A stretch of DNA of 64,000 bases, from positions 91,078,001-91,142,000 of the forward strand of contig OZ024740.1 of NCBI GenBank assembly GCA_964016885.1, read 5' to 3'. Source of the stretch: Eledone cirrhosa (Eukaryota). The notes beneath the pieces were generated by a model that saw only the letters and a program-made list of their open reading frames with translations, did not search any database and was not told where the DNA came from. Shown in pieces: positions 53,101 to 64,000 of this stretch. Positions within the stretch are counted from its first letter, which is position 1. Each line of letters begins with the position of its first letter. The translations under genes and the position numbers were made by a program.

Positions 53101-54644
53101 GAGAGTGGGAGATTTTAACTAACAGCTCCTTGGATGTGATTCAGACTCAGAAAGTTGTGGGAATATGTTTTAATATTTGTATAGCCTTGAATGAGATTTT
53201 CACACAAGGTATTTGGATGCCAAATGTGAAGACCGCCACCAAACTTCTAGATGAAAACCTTTGACTTATGCACTCTACTGATTTATTGAACCATAAAGCA
53301 CAGGATCTTGATAAGAAAATGTTCTTAACCTGGACTTAGAGAGATGAAACTATACCGTTCAAGAGAACTGTGAGACGCTAGACGCATGTAGTGGTTAAAT
53401 TGGACAGTGACCTGTCTGTTCCAGACTAGGTGGTTAGAACGATCAATCGGAGATGCGAATGCCATTACAATGGTAGAATACTAGAAAGTTGAGACACAAT
53501 GCCATGACACCCCGCTGCATTTCATGACACTAGATGTCGGCTTACTGAAGACGTTCAGTTTTCGATTTGGCCTGCATCTCTTGAGTCAAGAAATGGAGAA
53601 GGAGGCTAAGAACAAAGTTTCCATGAGAAATATACAATCCACACCGATAACACCTATACCACTTCTATCTACTTTTGTTCATAGGATATATTCCACTAAT
53701 TTAGATTTACATGTCCTAAGTTTATGACATACAGAGGCTCACACTGTTTGACGCATCCATTGTTGAACATTGACCGCCCTTAAAACGATGCATTCGAATA
53801 TCTTCCCCGAATATTTGTGCGTGGATAATGCTTCAATGAAATAAGCCGAAATTAAATTTGAGACTGACCTTATATAGATATAAGAAAATGTTTAAACGGA
53901 ATATTATATAGAATATAAATCATGATAGAATAACTAAATATATAGATATATTTCGTACCTAATATTTCCGACTTTCTCTTGGGAACTCGTAATCAAATTA
54001 TATAAATGCATAATACGCTTCAACATCAGATAATAGAATGATCAGTATGTAGGTATTTCTTGTCACTCTATACGCCATTGTTGTACTAAAGTTTAACACC
54101 GCAGCAATGTACAAGGGACCTGAAGAAAACATGCATGTCATCATTTCTGTGAAATATATATGTTTGATATTCTCGACATTTACAAATTTGATAAAAAAAA
54201 AACAGCTAAAATAATATTAGCGATAGGAATAAATATTCCATGGATAGAATTGACAATGTGTTTTCATGCAAGACCTTGTTGTATGCTTAAAGAAGTGAAA
54301 CTATTTAAATTTTGGAGTGATAATAAAAAAAAACACGTAGTAACAGAATATTATGACGCACTATAAAACATGAAACGCGGTAAACATATTGAATTCATTT
54401 TTTTTTCTTTTCCAACTAGCATTCAACAGCTCTGTGGAAATGTGCTTATAAAACAGAATAAAGATAATTCTTTTCTATCTGATAAATGACTGAATAGCAT
54501 AAGAAAATTACTGGAATGTGTACGTGAAAATGTGACAAAAATAAGAGCATGCACATGTGACCACACACACACACACACGCACACACGCGCACACACACAC
54601 ACACACACGCATAGGCACAAACACACGTACGCACACGCACACAA

Positions 54645-54713
<69 letters not shown>

Positions 54714-55794
54714 TGTGTGTGTGTGTGTGGGTGTGTACGCGTGTGTGTATGCGTGTGTGCATGTGTATATGTATGCGTTTATGTGTGTGTATATGCGCAT
54801 GTAGATGGGTGTGCGAATGCGTTAGATTATAACGTCTTTACATTTAAAGCTGATATTTAGCTTCTGTTTACTGAATAATTGTCGTCAGAGATCGGCTTTA
54901 TGATATAGAATATTATGGAATTTGAGAGAAAACTAGTTCGATTCGCTATAGCAGTTGATAACCACTTTTCCGTTCATGAGAATGTTCTATGGTATTATTT
55001 ATAAGTAACGACATCGGTATATTTACTTTTGGCGTTCCTGGTTATCTTTTACAATTCCTTATATATATATAAGTATGTGCATGTGTGCGTGTATGAGTGT
55101 GTGGGTATAGAAGTTGAGAGTGCGGGAAATAGATGGATTCCTGAGGCATGTCGGGAGGTGGACAGTGTTATCAAAGGTATTCCATACGTTAGTAGTATAT
55201 AGGCATATTTATCATATTATAGGAATGACGTCTATATGGTTAAAGCTGTTCACCTCGTAGACACACATATGCGGGTTTTGTGCATGAGATAGTTCTTAAA
55301 ATGTAAACATAATTATACAGGATATCAAAGAAATCATATATATTCTAAATGTATTTTCATCGGCCATAAATCCCTGAGAATTTAACACCTCCTTATAAAT
55401 TATACATAAGGTATCCCACTTCATTGGACGAGGATACATTCACAAGTATTTTAGTTAGCATACACACGCGTATGTTCTCAAACGTGCAATTATACCCCAC
55501 ACTGTCACTCACAAACGTTCACATATATATGAGATTAACATATACATTATCAGGACGACCTCAGTTCATAGTTAAATGAGTAAGGTATAACGAAAATAGG
55601 AAATAAGATTGGATATTCATTGAACTTAAGAAGTCGCCACTGAAGTGAGAGAGCTAGAAGAGAAATGTAAAAAATAAATATCAAGAAGAACACAGTGTTA
55701 AACAATATATGATTTAAGAGTGGAGAATTTGGAGAAGGGTTATGTGATATCACAAATAGAAAGGAGTTAGATATTCAAGGGGTGATGGGTATAT

Positions 55795-55968
55795 ATTTTG
55801 GGGGGAGAGCGAAAATGTATTAAATCGACCCCAGTACATGACTGGTACTTTATGTTATCGACCCCGTAAGGATTAAAGGCAAAGTTAAACTCGGCGGGAT
55901 TTGAACTCGCACTGTAAAGACCGTAACTCAATGCTGCAAAGCATGGTGTCCGATTCTACCGATACTGA
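55795..55968 (-). mobile_element. tRNA-derived SINE, same superfamily, variant tail
   Basis: Reverse complement contains GAGTTCAAATCCCGCCGAG and GGGGTCGATAACATAAAGTACCAG. Confidence 0.8.
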
Positions 55969-55974
55969 ATAATA

Positions 55975-58560
55975 TAAGAAGCCACAACAAACTGGGAGCA
56001 GAGAGGAATACAAAGAATTTATGGCTGCGTACTCCACTGACATCCCGTTTCTGTGAGAGAACCCGTCAACACAAGAAACTTATAATATCTGGGGGAATTC
56101 CAACCCTAACTCCAGAGAATACATGGACATGGATAAGTTAGCTGCTGTGAGAAGATACATTATGGGGAGCAACAGACCCACTGAATCAGAACTGGCTCAC
56201 TCGTTGATGATGCTGTCTGGACAACGAAGGAACATATTCTGCATGAGTGGGAGGTTCTGAAAATGCAGGACTTGATAGATCTGAAAAAACTGCAGAAAGT
56301 GCCTAAAGTGATGCATGACGTAAAGAAGTAGTTCAACCTTGCTAACAAAGCACTTGAGCTAATCAGAGGTGAATAGGGAAAATCACTGACAATTGATTTA
56401 ATCAACTGTTATATGCCACAGAGAACGTAATTGCTGGCAAGCTGCAGCACAAAATATGAACAAGGAGAATAAACACAAAGGGAATACCGACATAGCAAGC
56501 ACAGCTGTATGAGATATTGCTCTCGTATCCGAAATAGATAAGGGAACTGACATCAACCCTCAAAATGTTCAAGGCGGAGGAAAAATATAAGGCCAACCGG
56601 ACAGCAGAATGGAATGAAATTGCAAAAGCTACAGCGCAGAGACTAAGAAGATACAAAAAAACAACTAACTTCCTTAAACAAATCAAAACCTTTGGAGAAG
56701 ATGCAAAGAGATTTTACAGAGAATTAGGTAAGAAACATATTGAAATAAGGCAACCACCTGAGCTTGATAAGTGTGAACACTTTGGGGAAAATATATTGGG
56801 AAAAGCTTAAGACTACAACTCCAAAGCCACATGGCTGGAACAATTGGAAATCCCTGCTTGGCCCAGGAATGGAATGAGATCACGTCACAAAAAATGAAAC
56901 CAACAGTCGGCAATGTTGGAAACTGGAAATCACTGGACAGGGATCGCGTGCAGAATTTCTGCCTGAAACATCTGGATGTGCTCCATCAAGCCTTGGCTGC
57001 TCATTTCTCCGATTGTAACAAACCCAAGAGTGGTCCCAAAGTGCATGACAACTGGCATAACGTGTTTTCTACCGAAGAATGAATGCAGAGGAAAGCCTCC
57101 AAACTACAGACCATTTACATGTCTCCCAACGATGTACAAAGCCCTCACATCAGTGATTATTAACAGGGTCTACAATTACCTAACATGTGGAGAGGTAATT
57201 GTTGCCACCTGAACAAAAAGGCTGTAAACGAGGGGGTTTTGGGTGCAAATATCTGCTACTGATAAATAGATTCGTAACGGAAGACTGCAAGAAGGCATTC
57301 GACAGCGTACCACATTCATGTCTGATAAGGACACTAGAAATGTATCACATAGCACAGGAGATAACATCTTTCCTGAATGCAATGATGACAGACTGGAAAG
57401 CTACGATGGTCCTTCAACACCACAAGGCGCCACTATAATCTAGACAGATCAAGATTAACCGTGGAATATTCCAAAACGACTCATTGTCCCTTTGTTGTTA
57501 TGTATGCCACATGCTACTTTAAGTCAGTTACTGCGGAGGACAGGCTATGGATATAACATAGGCAAGAAACACTACATTCACCTTCTTTATATGGATGAAA
57601 TCAAGCTATTTAGAAACAATGATGGGCAGCTGGAATGTTTATTGCATATAATGAAACAATTCAGTGATGACATCTATATGAAATTTGGACTGGGCAAGTG
57701 TGCAAATGCATCATTAAAGGGATATTGTCATAGGATATTGTAATAGACCAAACAACTTCCATAAAGGAACTTAACAATGAAGAGTTCTACAAATATCTTG
57801 GGGTTAATAAAAGAGATGGAATCTATCATGCAAGTATGAAGGAAAAGATCTGGAAGGAATATATATGGAGAGTGAGATCGGTAACAAAATGTTAGCTAAA
57901 CTCCTGCAAGTTCAAAGCCATTAAGAGTCTAGTAGTACCATTTGTAACATACTGCTTTAACATCATAAACTGGAATCTGCAAGAACAACAAAGGTTGGAC
58001 ATTAAGACAAGGAAACTGTTGACAATGGAAAAAATACATTACACTAAATCCGATGTACATAGGCCATATATATCAAGGAGAGAAGCTGGAAGTGGGCTCT
58101 TGCAACTGGAAGCTACATACAAAACAGAAACCACTAGATTTGATAGTTATCTCTACCACACCCGAGATAGTATCCTTATCCCTGTACACAAGCATGAACT
58201 AATTAAGAAACTACACTTGATAACAATGGAGGCAAGAAAATGTACGCCAAATCTGAATATGGAACAAGCCATACCCATAGATAATCAACAACAGTGTGCT
58301 TAACAACTAGCTATGACTGTGAAATATGAAGATAAGGAAATAGAAACCAACCGCATGTGGAGGATGACCACAAACACTATCCCTCCGGTAATGAGAGTAT
58401 TAGGATTAATACCCAAATCATCAGACCTGCACCATAGCGTCCTTCCCTGCAAGATCAGCAAATATGAGCTACAGAAGATAGGCTACTAAGAACAGCAAAT
58501 ATTCTGACCGGATTCACTCTCTACAATGTAAACATCTATTGCCCTAGTTTGATACTTCAA
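55975..58560 (+). mobile_element. Ancient R4/Dong-type LINE of a different family, heavily degraded
   Basis: Fragments KRFYREL, NWKSLDRDRVQNFCLKHL, NYRPFTCLPTMYK, LPPEQKGC, KAFDSVPHS, YMDEIKLF, KFGLGKCA and KTRKLLT...KSDVHR occur in the expected order. Confidence 0.85.
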
Positions 58561-60180
58561 AAGATTAAAAGAACTGAGCTAAACGAAATAGCACAACAAT
58601 GATAATAATGGCAACACCTGCTTTAATAAATCGTAATTCATATATCGAGGCATGGAGCTGATTAAAAAGAGGAAACCTTACAAAAGCTACAGAAGGAATG
58701 GTTATTGCTGTTCCCCTTTCCTATTAATTCAGATTGAACGAGTCAGCTTTAAAATGTTCTCTGTCAGTCTTCCGATCCACCCTCTCTTGTTTTCATCATA
58801 ATCATACATTTCAGCAATACATGGACGTTCCTCGTGTATATACAGAACATATTCTTCACACTGCGTGCAGCTTGACAAGGCCCATCTGACAGCACATACA
58901 TATATGTATGCAGAGTTTATCTCGAACATTTCATGTTTCGTGTGGAGGAAATGGTCGAAAGGCATTCACTCCACTACCACTTTGAGCATCATACCATATA
59001 TAATATACATTCTAGAACGCTATCTGCTCTATATTACTCCACTGCTATTTCATCGCTGTCATTTCTAGACTGTAATCTGTTCAGCCTCTCTCTTTCAGTG
59101 TTCTAGCTCTGTGAATATTGAAATGAACAATTTTGTGGTTGTGTAGCCAGACTAGTCAAAATTATGGGCATCATCAATTGTACGTTAATCAATCTAATGA
59201 ATAATCTAATTAATTAGATATGGATATCCTGATTGCTTGTTACTCCATGTTTACATTGGTAAACTCAGGAATGCCAGCAGTTAGATATCCGACATATTAA
59301 AGCATCAAGATTGTGTGTTTGATAAACCTTCTGCTTTGGGATAAAATCCACATAACCGTAACGTGCGTCTGAAATATAATTCCATCCAACTACTCGCACT
59401 GGAGACGGAGACGTTCTTAGGAAAGTTTCTATAGGTCTAGAGAATCCGATCGCTCTGCACTAGTTGAGGCATAAACGGACCCTAATCCCTCTGAAAATTA
59501 CATTCGCTGATGATCTTATCGAGCACAATCAACTTACCGCTTGATTCCAAGAAGTTACTCCCTGACTTTAGATCGAATACTTTCTGGAACAGTAACGATA
59601 TACAGCCAGCCGATACTGCATAAAAGTGAATAAATATGGCAATATTCCTTAACGTGGTGCGAAACTACGTGACCGGATTCTCTCACCAACCACTGACTCA
59701 CACATGCCTTAGTGTCTTTCATTAAAGACAATCATACTCAATTCAAATATACTTCTTACGCTAATTGCTGTGATGCCATTTTGAAACATGAAATGGCGTA
59801 GGTCATATATCTTTGTTCCCTATAAGTTTGATAAAACCCAGATTTTTCCTTTGATGCGACAGTGTTCTCAAAGTGATTTCTAATTGTATCGTTGAAGGAT
59901 ATATGTGGATAAATCTAATGTCGTAAGGCTGGTCAGTGCATGTCTGTTTCTATCAATAATCACTCTATAAATGCTGAAGGTGACTTAATCGAAATGAAAT
60001 ATATTTTGTCGGCGAGAAGTGAACGACCCAAATACGAGAAATATCCAGCGTGTCAGCAGCAATTGTCTATCGTTTTCATCACTATGTGGTAGGATTAATT
60101 ATCCCGATATTTGCATTGTTATTTTAATCTCTGTTGAATTACACATTCTCATTGTCATTCCTCTTCATTATTATCTATAA

Positions 60181-60545
60181 GGGTGGTGGCTTGGCAGTAT
60201 CGGTAGAGGGTCGGACGCCATGCTTTCCAGCATAGTTACGTCCCTTTGCGGTCTGAGTTCAAATCCCACCGAGGTTAACTTTGCCTTTCATCCTTACGGG
60301 GTCGATAAAATAAAGTACCAGTAATGCACTGGAGAATTGATGGCCTTGTGCCAAAAGTAGAAACAATTATTATCTATTTCTCGTGGATTGGCAGTATCGC
60401 TAGAGGGTCGGACGCCAAGGATAAAGTTACAGTCCTTGCCATTCTGAGTTCAAATCCCGCCGAGGTTAACTTTGGCTTTCCTCCTAACGGGATCGATTAA
60501 ATAAAGTACCAGTAATACACTGTGATAATTGCTGACCTTTTGCCA
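60181..60545 (+). mobile_element. Tandem pair of tRNA-derived SINEs (60181-60370, 60383-60545)
   Basis: Same family as 44080-44467. Confidence 0.85.
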
Positions 60546-61039
60546 GTGGTGAGTATGTGGATGTGTGCCAGGGGTGAGTAAGTGGATGTTATAGTGGTGA
60601 GTAAGTGGATGTGTAAAATAGTGATGACGGTAAAGATAACAATGACATGAAAAGAAATACGAATTATATGATATGATAAATGCAAGAAATATAATCAAAT
60701 CTCAGAGAATTAAAATAAAATAGATTAAAAAATATATAATAACAGTTAAAATATAAAAATAAAAAAAATAAGTCAAAGAGGAAGAGATAAGGGACAGGAG
60801 ACACAACATGAAACAATTGTTAATACTGTAAATAAAACCCTGTTTGTACAGCTGACCATGTTATTCTTCACTCTTTCACTATTATTACACCAAGAATAAC
60901 CTGCATTCAAATTCTCGCAAACTCGCTATCTAACTATTGAAACCTCTTATTGAGTCAAACAACACCGTATTTAAAACTATCCATAGTACAGAATAGTCAC
61001 AACCTCTAACTGGATTACCTAAAACGATAACTTGTTATC

Positions 61040-61119
<80 letters not shown>

Positions 61120-61817
61120 GTGAGTTATTTTTTACAAAATGAAAAATGACGGAGGTGTCCTACACGAGTTAAAGTATAAAGAAAAAAAGATGAAATCGAA
61201 AATGCAACTGGAGTCTTATTTAAAAAAAATATACATATATTTATTTGGTTCCTTTACCGGTTTCGCAGTAATTCTTCTTATCAAAAGTTGAGTTGAGATG
61301 GAGGGCCTGTGGTTTTTCTCACGTCTGGTTGGTCTTTGAATGTTACTTGTTTTATATGGGAAAAGTGGCTCGAAACGCCAGATTTTTAGAGAAGTAATTT
61401 GATTGGTTGGTGAATAAGTATAATACATTTCGCGCCCAGTTCGCGTTACAAAGTTCTGCAAACAAGACGGGGAGGGACTCAGGTTACTTTTTCATATATG
61501 AGTGTTTGAATTTCTTTTTACTTAAAAAAGGGGGCTCACGATGGCTTTTTTTAAATAAATGTAATTTGATCGGTTATAAATGAAATTATGCCTGTCAGGT
61601 GAACAGGTTCATCAAATTTCGCGCCCGTATTTGGGAATGTATTACATAGCCTTTTAGATAATGTTATGACAAACAAAAGATAATGGTCAAGAGAAATGGG
61701 ATGGGAGAATTGTTGTGGTTCAGTGAATATAGCAGGTTGTTTTTTCATATATGAATGAAGTTTGGTTGGTTGATGTTGTCACGTGAATAAGTATATCAGC
61801 TTTCGCGTAAGTATATA

Positions 61818-61859
<42 letters not shown>

Positions 61860-61990
61860 CAAAGAGATATTTAATTTGTTGGTTATTCAACAAATGTATT
61901 CATAACAGATTCGAAGCACTATATAGATTTTTTCTAGAGCATAATATCAATGATATTAACAAATGGAAACTATCTTTGTAAAACCATATT

Positions 61991-62052
61991 TATGTTATTA
62001 TATATATTTCAATGGTACCATCATTTTTGGTACGCTCTCATCAGATAAAATA
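61991..62052 (-). ncRNA. Type I hammerhead ribozyme motif, homolog of 1276-1340
   Basis: Minus strand reads UAUUUUAU-CUGAUGA-GAGC-GUACCA-AAAAUGA-UGGUAC-CAUU-GAAA-U-AUAU-AUA-AUAACAUA; flanks are homologous to 1236-1345. Confidence 0.75.
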
Positions 62053-62341
62053 CAAAAGTTGTTTTAAAGATAGTGACATATCCCAAAACAAGAACCTATC
62101 GTTGAATAGTGAAAGAAATTCAAATATTAAGATGAATATGTTAATGAGGATAACGTAAATTTAAAAGTATCGTTACATTTAGACGCTAGGTAAATTTAAA
62201 TAATTATTAGTATTATTTTCTTTTAAGGGAAGAATAGAGAGAGGTTAATATTAATATTAGGGTGTAAGACAGTTTAAGGAAAGAATATAAGAAAAAGGTA
62301 TGTTATAGTTAGAACTAGGCAATTATTATTAATTTTTAATT

Positions 62342-62530
62342 GGGTGGATTGGCAGTATCGGCAGAGGGTCGGACGTCATGCTTTCCAGCATAGTTACGTC
62401 CCTTTACGATCTCAGTTCAAATCCCGCCGAGGTTGACTTTGCCTTTCATCCTTACGGGGTCGATAAAATAAAGTACCAGTAATGCACTAGGTAATTACTT
62501 GCCTTGTGCCTAAAGTAGAAACAATTATTA
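62342..62530 (+). mobile_element. tRNA-derived SINE
   Basis: Same family as 44080; ATT repeats on both sides. Confidence 0.85.
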
Positions 62531-63419
62531 ATTTATAATTGTATGGATCGTATTAGTGATGGTGTAAAGAGTGTGAAATTATAATTATATTTATTTATTT
62601 AATTATATAATTATACATTTTGGTAGTATCTATAATATAATATGATAATTATAAATGTGTTGAAGTAGTAAAATATCAATTTAAAAAGTGAGACATACTA
62701 CTAATTATTGGGTCTATTCTAATAGTGAGTTTTGATATTATAGGCATAATATTTATAAGTATATTTTATGAAAAATTACGGCTGTAAGTATATTTTATTT
62801 TATTATATTACAACAGGTTATTTATATAAATAATTTTGGTAAGGATATATGTTGTTTTTATTAATAGATAGATTTAAATATTGTTTATATGTTACGATGA
62901 ATTTCTTGTTTACATTTTCAATATATATTTAAGAAAAAGTGAGTAGTTCTATTTTATTATAGAAGATTATTTTTTACATTCATTAGTTGCATTAAGATAG
63001 GAATACATTTACGCAATTTACGAAGTTAACGAAATTATACAAAAAAAAATGTTATATTTATGTAAAGTTTAGTTGTTACTTAGAATAAATGGGTAGGCGT
63101 GTTACATTATAAAGGAAAAGATAACTCCAATATTTCTTAGTTAAAATAGTTAAGTTATATTTACCGTTTATTCTAGAATTTACTTTTAAAAAAATATTCT
63201 AATTAACATGTATGTAAAATATATGTAAAATATTTCATATATTATTTTAGATATGATTTTATAGTATCATATATTACATATTTTCTAAGATGAAAATGTG
63301 TTTATATATGTATTTAGATTGCATTCCTTATATGTATGCATATGTTAATGATATTAACCATTAATATGTATGGATTTCCAATGTCTATATAGTCTATTAA
63401 GAATAAATATTACAGACAT

Positions 63420-64000
63420 CAAAAGTATATACAGAAACATGCCAGATATGGCCGGAGGTCTATATCGCAACGATATGTTACTTATAGTTGATAACCATAT
63501 CCTTAGCGAACTTAGTAGGAAAATGAAAATTATCATAGAATGTTTCATTAATTATAAACTTAAATTAGATATTGATAATAATAATAATAAAACTGTTAAC
63601 TTCTTAGATGTCACTTTAAACCTTAGCTCAGGACTATATTACTCTTTCCATAAGATTAATGACAACATAAACTATGTAAGCTTCCATTCTAACTATTCTA
63701 GAAATGTTAAAAATGCTATTGTCAATAGTGTTCAACAACGAATTTCACACATTTCAACCAATACAATTATTTTTGATAATAATCAGAATATTACAATGAT
63801 GGTTTACATAGAGCTGGCTGCATGAACAAAATTAAATACTTAGATAACTATAACATGCAAATCATTCTAAAATTTACTATAATGATAATAATAAGCAATT
63901 TAACATAAATAGTAAATCAAGCAAAAGAAATAGAACTAGAAATATTATTTGTTACTCTCCCCCAATCTCATTAGAAGTTAAAACACCTGTAGCAAACCTA
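63420..64000 (+). pseudogene. Second Naiad-type Penelope-like RT remnant, continues past the window
   Basis: GLYRND (degenerate YRDD), VNFLDVTLNLSSG, YVSFHSNY and RNRTRNIICYSPP, homologous to the ORF at 4863-7600. Confidence 0.8.

Noticed and set aside
54115-54170. CUGAAGA...GAAA spacing suggestive of a hammerhead
   Set aside because: Stem II is poor and no register gives both an NUH triplet and stem I.
61332-61384. Possible hammerhead (GUUACUU/AAGUGGC stem, CGAAACGCCAGA)
   Set aside because: The CUGANGA core and the UH cleavage triplet are both missing.

Overview
AT-rich, microsatellite-rich eukaryotic DNA; the repeat families resemble those of a cephalopod (octopus), which is an inference. 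I found no confident host protein-coding gene, and every recognisable ORF comes from a transposon. (1) About 9.6-43.1 kb is an array of two unrelated non-LTR retrotransposons joined through (TAA)n tracts. R4/Dong-type elements (RT, CCHC finger, restriction-like endonuclease) all lie on the + strand, and Tx1/L1-type elements (gag knuckle ORF1, APE-RT ORF2) all lie on the - strand. The Tx1 family has identical termini abutting (TTA)n, which suggests it is microsatellite-specific and inserts into the tails of the Dong elements. (2) At 3.3-9.1 kb a full-length but disrupted Naiad-type Penelope-like element (RT plus GIY-YIG) sits between about 1.25-kb inverted repeats, each ending in a hammerhead ribozyme motif. 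A second Naiad remnant runs off the right edge. (3) Further hammerhead motifs lie next to (TA)n tracts at 1.3, 25.8, 49.9 and 62.0 kb; the 1.3 and 62.0 kb copies show compensatory base changes. (4) There are also a mariner remnant, RTE fragments, tRNA-derived SINEs, a Helitron-like 3' end, an approximately 835-bp palindrome and a perfect 147-bp inverted duplication. Coordinates were read by eye and boundaries of degenerate elements are approximate.
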